Shown here piece by piece: positions 53,111 through 64,000 of a stretch of 64,000 bases of DNA. This DNA comes from Octopus vulgaris. Taxonomy: Eukaryota. Each line of letters begins with the position of its first letter. Position 1 is the stretch's first letter. Location of the stretch: the NCBI GenBank assembly GCA_951406725.2, contig OX597819.1, forward strand, positions 124,496,001-124,560,000. Reading direction: 5' to 3'. A program made the position numbers and the translations under genes. The notes beneath the pieces are model-generated. The model did no database searches and had not been told where the DNA came from. It saw only the letters and a program-made list of their open reading frames with translations.

Positions 53111-53689
53111 ATAAATCTCATGATTGTAACTCACGATAAGGATAAGGACAACAAAATGAAATGCCAATAACCTGTTTCTTTTGAACTGATACCACAACTT
53201 GACAACAGCACTTACACATTTTTTACATTGAAATAATATGGCTTAGTGAAAGGTGGAAGTGCTGGGTTTCTGAGGGTGCTGAGAGGAAGGGAGGAAGCTA
53301 TCATGACACCAGAGACCTGCACAAATGCTTGCAACAAAGTAAACTCTGCTAAAAAATTACATCCAGGTGATTATATCAAGGCGGCGAGCTGGCAGAAACG
53401 TTGGCATGCCAGGCGAAATGCGTAGCCGTATTTCATCTGCCATTACGTTCTGAGTTCAAATTCCGCTTTGCCTTTCATCCTTTTGGGGTCGATGAATTAA
53501 GTACCAGTTATGCACTGAGGTCGATCCATTTGTCTGTCCTTGTTTGTCCCCTCTGTGTTTAGTCCCTTGTGGGTAGTAAAGAAATATATATCAAACTGGG
53601 TGATGGATTAGACATCTCACTCAAACCTACATTGATTGGCTCAGGTCAGAGGCTGTAAATTAGATCACAATGTTATTTTTATTATCTTA

Positions 53690-54200
53690 TGATTTTTCTA
53701 TGAGTTTCTTATCTTACATCGTGTGGAGCTGAGCTCAAACTATGACTGGAGTTGCTATACACGTCTTGCAAACAACTTGCACATGCAAGTGCTACCAGTC
53801 AAAAACTCCGCATACTGGAAGCCAGCAAGTGTATGGGGTCATCAGGAGAGAATGCGCGCTGTTTTGGGGCCTACCTCTCGACAGCATTAATGCGCACTGG
53901 CCCCTCCTCACTGATATGAGGCCCTGCTTGCTAGATCAGCTGGTTAACAAATGAAGCTCAATATTCTTCTAGCCATCGTTCATCGTCTCTTTTTAACCAA
54001 ATCCAGTGGCTAGCCTTTTCCACTGTGGTTTGGATATCGGTCATGGTGGTATTGACTTTACAATGAGTTAAGCCTAACGATTACAACAGTCATCTCACAC
54101 TGTGTCCAACAAACCTTCTACATCCGACTTTGATTGGAAAAAGTTCTGCTTTCCAGCCTGCGTCTTCACATTCCTCAAGGAGATCATAGTGTTCGCCGTA
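53690..54200 (-). mobile_element. 3' end of a Hero-like RLE non-LTR retrotransposon
   Basis: Manual translation of 54194->53958: EHYDLLEECEDAGWKAELFPIKVGCRRFVGHSVR*LL*SLG..VEKASHWIWLKRDDERW, matching the recalled Hero C-terminal GW..FPVEVGCRGF..ASxWxWLKR pattern. Confidence 0.75.
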
Positions 54201-54539
54201 GTTTGTGACTGTTTTTTGTTAGGCAGTTTTCTGGACTGCATAGATAGCATTTATATGTTGATGGCTATGAAGGCAGCAAGCTGGCAGAAACGTTAGCATG
54301 CTGGGCGAAATGCTTAGCGGTATTTTGTCTGTCATTACGTTCTGAGTTCAAATTCTGCCGGGGTTGACTTTGCCTTTCATCCTTTCGGGGTCGATAAATA
54401 AAGTACCAGTTACACACTGGGGTTGATGTAATCGACTTAATCCTTTTGTCTGTCCTTGTTTGACCCCTCTATGTTTAGCCCCTTGTGGGCAATAAAGAAA
54501 TATATATGTTGGTGGCTATGCACTTCTAACCCTTGATAA

Positions 54540-55270
54540 TGATCTCATACTTGTTGATTAGTTTAGACAGGTGTGTTTCAGAGGATGATAACTTCATTTT
54601 TGCCAATGGTTGTGTTTGGTTGACATTCATATTACTGCTTAATCATCATGATCTTGTAAGTTCTGCCTTTTCTCTGGTGCAGGTATGCTACTGCCTTGTT
54701 ATGCCTGTGAATCTGTTTGGTCTCTGCCTGTTCTAGGAATCCAGAGACATATGTGGTCAATGATTTCCTTTGTATTTTCTGCATATCAAGGACTGTGAGT
54801 CTGTTCCATCCTTGATTATGCAATGGTGGTGGTATCTGGTTGGATGACTCTGAAATTATCTGATCCTCTGTTTTCAATATGCTACTCCTTAGTCATTGGT
54901 CCACATCTGCTTTTTGCAGTTGCTTTTTTGGTACATCTTGTGCATTACTTTGTATTCACAGGTTTTCTGTAATCGCAGCTGGGGATAGTCATTTGGTGTA
55001 GATGGTAGTCACCTTGTTTCTTGTTGGGATTATTGGAACATCTTTTTTTGAATAATGCAGCTTCTTTCTTGGTTGAGTAGATCTGAGGAGAGGGCAATCT
55101 GTTTTTGTGAGGCATATGTCCTGTTCAATTTATTTTGTTCTGGGCCTCTTCTTTCTAAAGCTCTTGGTTGGTGTAAGTATCAGTATCTGCTTCCAAGTAG
55201 TGCATCTTCTCTGTAGTCAGTATCTTTCTTGTCTTGGTACTCAGTCTCTTGATGCCATTCAGTTTCCAGT
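54540..55270 (-). mobile_element. Heavily decayed Dong/R4-like RLE LINE fragment
   Basis: Frameshifted KTE..II, VSG..L.QAE..HRHNKAVAYLH, YE.QP..KNEVIIL resemble the zinc-knuckle/RLE region. Confidence 0.5.
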
Positions 55271-55576
55271 TAATGGTATTGCAGAATAAGGCGGCGAGCT
55301 GGCAGAAATGTTAGCACACCGGGCGAAATGCGTAGCCGTATTTCGTCTGCCATTACATTCTGAGTTCAAATTCTGCCGAGGTTGACTTTGCCTTTCATCC
55401 CTTCGGGGTTGATAAATTAAGTACCAGTTACACACTGGGGGTCAATAAATTAAGTACCAGCAACGCACTGGGGTCGATATAATCTACTTAATCCGTTTGT
55501 CTGTCCTTGTTTGTCCTCTCTGTGTTTAGCCCCTTGTGGGTAGTAAAGAAATAGGTATTGCAGAAGTACATTATTA

Positions 55577-55641
<65 letters not shown>

Positions 55642-56680
55642 TTGTATTATAAATTCAGATTTGATTTCTCAATTAAAGAATAGATTGTATCCCAATTGAA
55701 GAATAAATTGAATTTAGAATAACAATTTTCTATACAACATATTTTGCTTTTTCTTCCAATATATAAGGAAAAATTTCATTCGCGAGCAATGCTGGGTGCC
55801 TCTGCTAGTTAATTATAAATGGTGATCAACCAACACCGAAATTACCTGATTTGCGAAGCTACAACAAGAAATTCACGAGACAATTTCAGGTTAATTTGTA
55901 TAAAAAGAAAAAGGCGCACATGGTGGAAACATAACCCAACTCCTCCCCACCTTTAAAATTTTTTTTTTAATGGAAATCCACATTTTCAGCTATGGAGATT
56001 CCAATTCTGAAAACAAAGTTGGCAAAAATCGTAACTTCAAAATTTCAATCCCCCGCCCATTTCTTCATTTTCTCCTTTTTCAGAAATTTTTTTTGTTGGA
56101 GGAAATATGTAAAGATTAGGATTCTGAAAAAAGATTGTTTGCAAAATTTCAATTTTACAAAAAAAAAAAAAAAAAGAAATTACCTCAACCCCCTCTCCTC
56201 CCAATTCTATGGCCTTCAAGCAGGCTATCCACATGCTAAAAATAACAACCAAATCTCACAGGAATTTGTTGGGTGAAAAAAACTGCAATAAAATAATGAA
56301 AGAAATATGTAATCACTCTACTCACCTTTCTGTGGAGGCACATGGCCTAGTGGTTAGAGCAGCGGACTCAAGGCTGAGGGATTGCAGGTTCAAATCTCAG
56401 ACTGGGTGATGTGTGTGTTTATGAGTGAAACACCTAAGCTCCATGCGGCTCCGGTAGAAAGTAATGGCGAACTTCTGCTAACCCTTTCGCCACAACTTTC
56501 TCTCACTCTTTCCTCCTCATTTTTCTTTGTAACTAGGATGGGAAAGAATCCTGGGGTCAATTTGTATACATACTCTTACTCTTTTACTTGTTTCAGTCAT
56601 TTGACTGTGGCCATGCTGCAGTACCAAGGAAACTGGGAAACCAGCCCTTATGAGCCAGGCATGGCTCGAGAAGGAAAGAA

Positions 56681-56944
56681 CTCACCTTTCTGCAAAGATT
56701 TCTTTCAGAGAAATTTCCTGCAGTAATTTGAGGTATGCTGTGAGAAAGTGAAATTAAAGTGTTCATTGTTTTTTTTTTCACAACTGAAAGTGTTTTTTTC
56801 TACCAAATGAATCTTAAAAATTACAAAAAATATGAATGCAGAAATAAGTCAAATCTCCAACAAACTCTTTTTCACAACTTTGTCACAGTATTCCTCATTT
56901 TACTGCAGAAAATTTCTCTAAAAGAAATCTTTGCATAAGGTAAG
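56681..56944. mobile_element. MITE-like element with ~65 bp imperfect TIRs
   Basis: ACCTTTCTGCAAAGATTTCTTTCAGAGAAATTT... versus ...AAATTTCTCTAAAAGAAATCTTTGCATAAGGT. Confidence 0.75.
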
Positions 56945-57599
56945 CAGATTGATTACATAAAAAAAAAAAAAAAATTTGAGCGAGGTCGTTGCCAGTACTA
57001 CCTCACTGGCCCCCGTGCCGGTGGCACATAAAAGCACCCACTACACTCTCGGAGTGGTTGGCGTTAGGAAGGGCATCCAGCTGTAGAAATTCTGCCAGAT
57101 CAGATTGGAGTCTGGTTTGCCAGCCCTCATTCAAAATCGTCCAACCCACGCTAGCATGGAAAGTGGATGTTAAATGATGATGATGATGATTTCTTTCATT
57201 ATTTTATTGCAGATTTCTTCACCCAACAAATTCCTGTGAGATTTGGCTGTTATGTCTAGCATGTAGATAGCCTTCTTGAAGGCTGTAGAATTCGGAGGGG
57301 ATGGGTTGGTTGGGGGAATTGAAATTTTGAAGTTGCAATTTTTACCACTTTGTATTCCAGAATCGGAAACGTGGTTTCCGGAAAAATAAAAATTTTTTAA
57401 AAGGTGGGGAGGGGTTGGGTTACGTCTCCACCCTGTGCGCCAAGTATTTATTGCACGACCAACCTCAGAAGTCACTGCACACCACTGGATTGGATATATA
57501 ATACTGCACACTTCGATCAATATACCCACTCTATTGACAAATATATGAGTGCATATGGGTGCTTTTTACATGCCACTAGCACAGGTACGTGTATGCAGT

Positions 57600-58655
57600 A
57601 TTGGCATGAGTGCATTTCATGCGGCACCAGCACCTGTTAAAGACAAGTCTGTATGCATGGATGACAGCAGTTTTGCTTCACTTAACTCATTTTCTCAAGT
57701 ACAGCAAATTGCCACAACTCCTGGTCCCTTGTCTCTTTTTCTTCAGTCAAGTCCAACGTCAGAAGATCCCTTCTCACAACTTCATCCCATGTCTTCCTGG
57801 GTCTACCCCTTCCACAGATTCCCTCCACAATCTTTTTATGATATCCGGTTTCTTTGTAACTGGGACGGGAAAGAACCCTTAGCACCCTGGTAAATCTGCA
57901 GCCTTCTCCCAATAGCCGTCCCACTTTGGCACTTGTGCCCGTGCTAGTAGGGTGCCAAGAGCACCATCCGAGCGTGATTGTTGCCATAGCAGCCAACTGG
58001 CTTCCATGCCAGTGGCATGTAAAAGGGCACCATTCGAGTGTGATCGTTACCAACGTCGCTTTACTGGCACATGTAAAAAGATTCAAGCGAGGTCATTGCC
58101 AGTACCGCCTGACTGGCTCTCGTGCCGGTGGCACATAAAATCGCCCACTACACTCTTGGAGTGGTTGGCGTTAGGAAGGGCATCCAGCTGTAGAAACTCT
58201 GCCAGATCAAGACTGGAGCCTGGTGCAGCCATCTGGTTCGCCAGTCCCCAGTCAAAATCGTCCAACCCATGCCAGCATGGAAAGCGGACGTTTAAACAAT
58301 GATGATGATGATGATGACAGGAAGTTTCTTCTTCTTCAAACATATCTGCTGTCCTGAGTACATGAAACTCAGTATTTTTTCATGCAGCTGTCCTCATCCA
58401 CATCACATGACCAAACACACTCGGTGCCTCTTGTACCCAGTTTTCTTCTTAAATCATTTACACCCTGTTATGTGTGACACACTGACAATACCCATCCATC
58501 AGAGTATGCCAGCTTCATTTCTTTCAAGCCTTTTGCAAGTCTTCTGTAGTTAAAGCTCATGTTTCACTGCCATGTAGCATAGCTGTACATTCTCAGGCAT
58601 CATGCAATCTGCCATTTCACTGTGAGGAAGAGGCCCTTAGTTACCAACATAAGTA
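57600..58655 (-). mobile_element. Old RTE ORF fragments (57600-57835, 58320-58655) split by a younger plus-strand RTE tail
   Basis: VEGICGRGRPRKTWDEVVRRDL; homology to 4170-4640. Confidence 0.75.
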
Positions 58656-59052
58656 GACAATATGTCTCCATATTATAAAACTGCGGCCATGCTGGAGCAC
58701 CGCCTTTAGTCGAGCAACTGGACCCTGGACTCATTCTTTGTAAGCCCAGTACTTATTCTATCGGTCACTTTTGCCGAACCGCTAAGTGACGGGGACGTAA
58801 ATACACCAGCATCGGTTGTCAAGCAATGCTAGAGGGACAAACACAGACACACAAACATATACACACACATACATATATATACATATATACGACAGGCTTC
58901 TTTCAGTTTCCGTCTACCAAATCCACTCACAAGGCATTGGTCGGCCCGAGGCTATAGCAGAAGGCACTTGCCCAAGATCCCACGCAGTGGGACTGAACCC
59001 AGAACCATGTGGTTGGTTAGCAAGCTACTTATCACACAGCCACATTCTTTCT

Positions 59053-59097
<45 letters not shown>

Positions 59098-59112
59098 AGC
59101 AGCAACAACAAC

Positions 59113-59495
59113 GGAGGCGCAATGGCCCAGTGGTTAGGGCAGCGGACTCGCGGTTGGAGGATCGCGGTTTCGATTCCCAGATCGGGCGTTGTGTGTGTTT
59201 ATTGAGCGAAAACACCTAAAGCTCCATGAGGTTCCGGCAGGGGGTTGGTGGCGACCCCTGTTGTACTTTTTCGCCCCAACTTTCTCTCACTCTTTCTTCC
59301 TGTTTCTTGTCCCCGACTTCCTATGCAACCGCTGAGCCTGGATGCGCATTCATCCATCCGTCGATGCTCTTGGTGTCGGGGGTTGACTTGTTTTCTCTTC
59401 TGCTGGTCTTACGAATAGCGAAGGACCATGTTTCGGACTTCTCCCATCTTGCGAGCTCTGGGACGAATACCGTTCACTCAACAGCAGCAGCAGCA
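59113..59495 (+). mobile_element. SINE family C, tail type 1, full length
   Basis: tRNA-like head with A and B boxes; lies within CAT/CAG/CAA repeats. Confidence 0.88.
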
Positions 59496-59729
59496 GTATT
59501 TTGATGTCCACTTTTCCATACTGGCATGAATCAAATGGAATTTGGAAGTGGATTTTCTGCAGCTGGATGTCCTTCATGTTACCACCTGTTTCATGTAAGG
59601 TAATATTTTCCCATAACCAGACATGTTTTCACAGAAAATTGGAAATGAAGGACACTGCTTGTATAACTAAGACTTGCTTACAATTATCATGCAATATTAA
59701 GGCAAGAAGACAGTAATACACACATAAAA

Positions 59730-59731
59730 TA

Positions 59732-59788
<57 letters not shown>

Positions 59789-60300
59789 TGATGATGAAAT
59801 TATTGTATACAGTGCTCAGGTGCACCACAACTCATTAAAAGTGCGTATAAAGCATATGCAGTACTGTACAAATGTCTGGAAAGCGAACCGTGTATGAGTC
59901 AGATACATGATTGCGTGTGTATGGAGGGGAGAAAATCAGGTGTAGTGTTGGCGAATCTCAGAAAGCATGGAAGTTTTGAAGGATGCAGTGCTCGACAACT
60001 AACAACTGATGCCAGCAGTTTGTTCCATGCTTCAGCAACTCTCAGCATGAAAAAAATGTTTCCTAAAGTCATGGAAGGAGCTGTGCTATTTTCTGACTTT
60101 GTAAACATGTCCATGGGTGTTAGACAGGTGGAGTTTGAAAAGGTGCTCAGAGTTATTGTTTGTAAGATGGTTAATAATCTTATGGGTGTCTACCAAGTCA
60201 GCTGCCAGATGTCGGGGTTTCAATGTATCCATGCCCAGGGAAGTAAGGCGTTCAGAATATGGCAAATGCCTGATGGAGGGTATTCTCTTGGTTGCACCCA
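59730..60300 (-). mobile_element. 3' fragment of the CR1-like LINE
   Basis: ATKRIPSIRHLPYSERL..; (ATT)n tail on the minus strand. Confidence 0.9.
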
Positions 60301-60390
60301 TTCACATATCTCCTCTCTCATACACATACTAACACACACATATACACGATGGGCTTCTTTCAGATTTTATATACCAAATCCACTCAAATG

Positions 60391-60702
60391 TGGAGGCACA
60401 TGGCCTAGTGGTTAGAGCAGCGGACTCACGGTCGAGGGATCATGGGTTCAAATCTCAGACCGGGCATGTGTGTGTTTATGAGTGAAAACACCTAAGCTCT
60501 ACGCGGCTCCGGCAGAAAGTAATGGCGAAACTACTGATGACTCTTTCGCCACAACTTTCTCTCACTCTTTCCTCCTGCATCTTGCAGCTCACCTGTGATG
60601 GACCGGCGTCCCGTCCAGGTGGGGAACCTATATGCCAAGAAACCGGGAAACCAGCCCTTATTAAGCAGGCATGGCTTGAGAAGGAACAAACAACAACAAC
60701 AA
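60391..60702 (+). mobile_element. SINE family C, tail type 3, nested in a decayed family A SINE
   Basis: Related head; tail CCTGTGATGGACCGGCGTCCCGTCCAGG..GAGAAGGAACAAACAAC; flanking CAAATCCACTCAAA duplicated; chimeric copy at 56332-56680. Confidence 0.82.
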
Positions 60703-60855
60703 ATCCACTCAAAAGGCTTTGGTCAACTCAAGGTTGTAGTTGAAGACACTTGCCCAAGGTCCCATGCTGTAGGATTAAATTCAGGATCATGTGGTTGGGT
60801 AGCAAACCCCTTACCAAACAGCCTCACCTGCACCGATTCTTGTGATATATATGAA

Positions 60856-60901
<46 letters not shown>

Positions 60902-62235
60902 CTCCCTGTATCTCTCTTTTACTGTTTCTCTCCTCTGTCTCTATAATGTAAAGTGTGACTAAAGAGTAGTCAGTGAGCCAACATCTATATCAGCTTCTAT
61001 TAAATAGATACACGCCCCAGCATGGCCACAGCTCATTAGCTGAAACTGGAAAAATCAAAATCAAAATCATACACATGTATGTATACACCACACACATATA
61101 CTCACATACAAACATGTGCATCAATGTACCAGAAATCTGTCAGGTTCTCCATTATAAAACATATTTTGATGTTACTTCACCTCTGACACACACGTGGATG
61201 TGTGTGTGCGTTCGTGTTCTGTGTGTGTGTGTTTATGTTTGTATACATACAGATGGTGAATGAAAAGGAAAAACTGTGAAAGATAGAAAGAGAGAGAGAA
61301 GGTAAATAAGAAATAAAGAGAAAGATAGAGAGATGAGAGCATGCTAGGGGGAAATGAGTCTGAAATAGTATTAGATTGTGAGAAAAAAACCCCCAAAAAA
61401 ACTGTGTAAATAAGATAGAAATAAAGATTACTTAGACTGTTTGTATAAGAGTAAGCATGAGGAAGGAAGAGAGAGAGAGAGAGAAAAAGAAAGAGAGGAG
61501 TGTTAGTGAGAGAGAGAAGGGTTACTAATAGTACAGTTCATTCATGAGATTTGCCTAAGTGATTGTTCCTCAGTGTTTTTATGCTGAGACTGTGTTGAAT
61601 TAACTAACAGCTGCTTTGTCACTGCTCTTGAAAAAAACAAAAAAACAAAAACAAAAAAACATTGGACTATCTGAGTCTAATGATTATGGACAAAATTAAG
61701 GCAGCTTCTGTATTTAATTGGCATTTTTTCCTGATGATCTTTACTTCATAAGGTGAGTTGTAGTAATTATTATTGTTGTTGTTATTTTTTCGTGCTCTTG
61801 TTATTAATCAAAAGGATTGTGTTGTCAGAATCACCAGAATTTTAGTCAAAATATCTTGCAGTTCTTAATAACTTAGTTATAGCTTTTTCTTCATGTTCTG
61901 ATTTCGAATATTGCCAAGATCAACTTTGCTTTCCATCTTTCAGGGTTCATAAAATGACATACCAGTCATATTCTGAGTTTGATAAAATCATTTAGACCCC
62001 TCCCACCAAAATATAATGATTTCTGATTTAAGCACAAAGTCTTTGTGCTTAAATCAGAAATCAAAGGCAGTAAAGCTGGCAGAATCACTGGAATGTTGGA
62101 AAGAAATACTGTAGTGTTTCTTTCAGTTCTTTATATTCTGAGTTCAATTCTTGCCTTTCGTTCTTTTGGGTTGACTAATCCCTCCCTTTAAAGTTAAGTA
62201 CCTTGTATTTGTTAGTGATGGTATTTTATTGCTAA

Positions 62236-62939
62236 AGGGTGGTGAGCTGGCAGAAACGTTAGCATGCCGGGCGAAATGCTTAGCGGTATTTCGTCTGCCG
62301 TTGCGTTCTGAGTTCAAATTCCGCCAAGATCGACTTTGCCTTTCATCCTTTCGGGTCGATTAAATAAGTACCAGTTATGCACTGAGGTCGATATAATCGA
62401 CTTAATCCATTTGTCTGTCCTTGTTTGTCCCCTTTGTGTTTAGCCCCTTATGGGTAGTAAAGAAATAGGTATCACAACCCTTTGAATGTACATCAACACA
62501 TTGTCACACATTGGATAGTATTTTGAACTCAGTGATAAGGTGATGAGCTGGCAGAAACGTTAGCACGCCGGGCGAAATGCTTAGCAGTATTTCGTCTGCC
62601 GCTGCGTTCCGAGTTCAAATTCCGCCAAGATCGACTTTGCCTTTCATCCTTTCGGGGTTGATAAATTAAGTACCAGTTACGTACTGGCGTTGATGGAATC
62701 GACTTAATCCGTTTGTCTGTCCTTGTTTGTCCCCTCTGTGTTTAGCCCCTTGTGGGTAGTAAAGAAATAGGTATTTCGTCTGCCGCTGCGTTCTGAGTTC
62801 AAATTCCGCCGAAGTTGACTTTGCCTTTTATCCTTTCGGGGTCGATTAAATAAGTACCAGTTACGCACTGGGGTAGATATAATTGACTTAATCCATTTGT
62901 CTGTCCTTGTTTGTCCCCTATGTGGGTAGTAAAAAAATA
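62236..62939 (+). mobile_element. Cluster of three SINE B units within one 16-bp TSD
   Basis: GGTATTTTATTGCTAA at 62220-62235 and 62940-62955. Confidence 0.85.
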
Positions 62940-63451
62940 GGTATTTTATTGCTAAGGTTAAATTTGCCTTTCATCCTTCTAACACTGATAATATATATAC
63001 CACTCTACTTGTGCTAAACTATTGAGGTTGATATAATTGATTGCCCCTCTCATGAATTTCTAGCCTTGAACAAATGTAAGAAATTGCTATTAAAACCATT
63101 AAAATTGACTTATTATTTAACTAGGGCCGTTAAAAAAGTAATGTGAATACAGTGTCCAGTTAAGAGATAAACAGAAAACAAAAAAAATATTGAGGGTATC
63201 TAATGGAAATGGAGCCCTGATCTCCTGGTAAGTGCCATCAGGAGATTTAAGTTTAAGACAGATTTTATTTTTATTTTGTCTTTCTTTGTTTATATCCTGT
63301 GAAATTTCTTTCATAAAGTCAATATATAGAAATGTATTGTAGTTTTTTTTATGTAATATGTGTACGTGTGTATATATACACATGCACACACACACACACA
63401 TACAGATATGCACACAAATATATATATATATACATAATGTACATAGTCATA

Positions 63452-63523
<72 letters not shown>

Positions 63524-63754
63524 TGTGTATATATATGACAAATGAAAGACAGAAGATGGAATATATGTATATGTATGTATGTACAGTTGCGGCCAAAATG
63601 TCAGAAAAGTAGGTATAAGTTTTTATCTAAGTAGTTTTATATTCTATAATTTTCACAGGCAATAAATACGATATTAATTGTTATTGTCTGAGATTTTGGT
63701 GTAATTTGAGAGGATAATACAAAAGTTATGGATGATTTAGTGATTTACTGCAAA

Positions 63755-63933
63755 AGGGACCGATACAGCTTGGCACCTGTGACGTCGCAACTCATTTCTA
63801 CAGCTGAGTGAACTGGAGCAACGTGAAATAAAGTGTCTTGCTCAAGAACACAACACGCAGCCCGGTCCGGGATTCGAACACAAACCTCACGGTCGTAAGT
63901 TTGACGCTCTAACCATTGAGCCATGTGCCTTCA
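63755..63933 (-). mobile_element. tRNA-derived SINE family D
   Basis: Reverse complement TGGCTCAATGGTTAGAGCG..GTTCGAATCCCG, then CTTGAGCAAGACACTT..CACTCAGCTGTAGAAATGAG core. Confidence 0.75.
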
Positions 63934-64000
63934 CTTTTAAAGAGATATGTTATAATTTTTAATTCATTTTGCAAATATCGTTGTAAAGATTGTTACAGCC

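Noticed and set aside
59113-59190. tRNA genes at SINE heads (also 9960-10035, 38712, 60391, 63860-63933)
   Set aside because: No complete acceptor stem evident, and each continues into a multi-copy SINE body

Overview
Eukaryotic, AT-rich, repeat-saturated genomic DNA with no prokaryotic features and no confidently identifiable host protein-coding exon. The microsatellite load, tRNA-derived SINEs and RTE/CR1/Penelope content suggest a coleoid cephalopod, most likely Octopus (inference). Recognisable content: a 5'-truncated RTE LINE (3.2-5.3 kb) plus about 15 dispersed copies of its (GAT)n-tailed 3'UTR; a nearly intact CR1-like ORF2 (10.2-13.1 kb); further CR1/L2-type, Hero-like and Dong/R4-like LINE relics; a Penelope GIY-YIG fragment; a mariner relic; a Ulp1-like protease relic; two non-autonomous Helitrons; several MITEs; and four SINE families. 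Most short ORFs in the track are repeat artefacts. The most notable signals are RNA-structural: several minimal hammerhead ribozyme motifs in Penelope-type repeats, a permuted or pseudoknotted hammerhead-like motif in a Hero 3'UTR, long near-perfect hairpins, a repeat-spacer array in the RTE 3'UTR, SINE/LINE tail sharing and tail switching, and a GGTAT insertion preference of one SINE. All coordinates were read by eye, and element boundaries are approximate.
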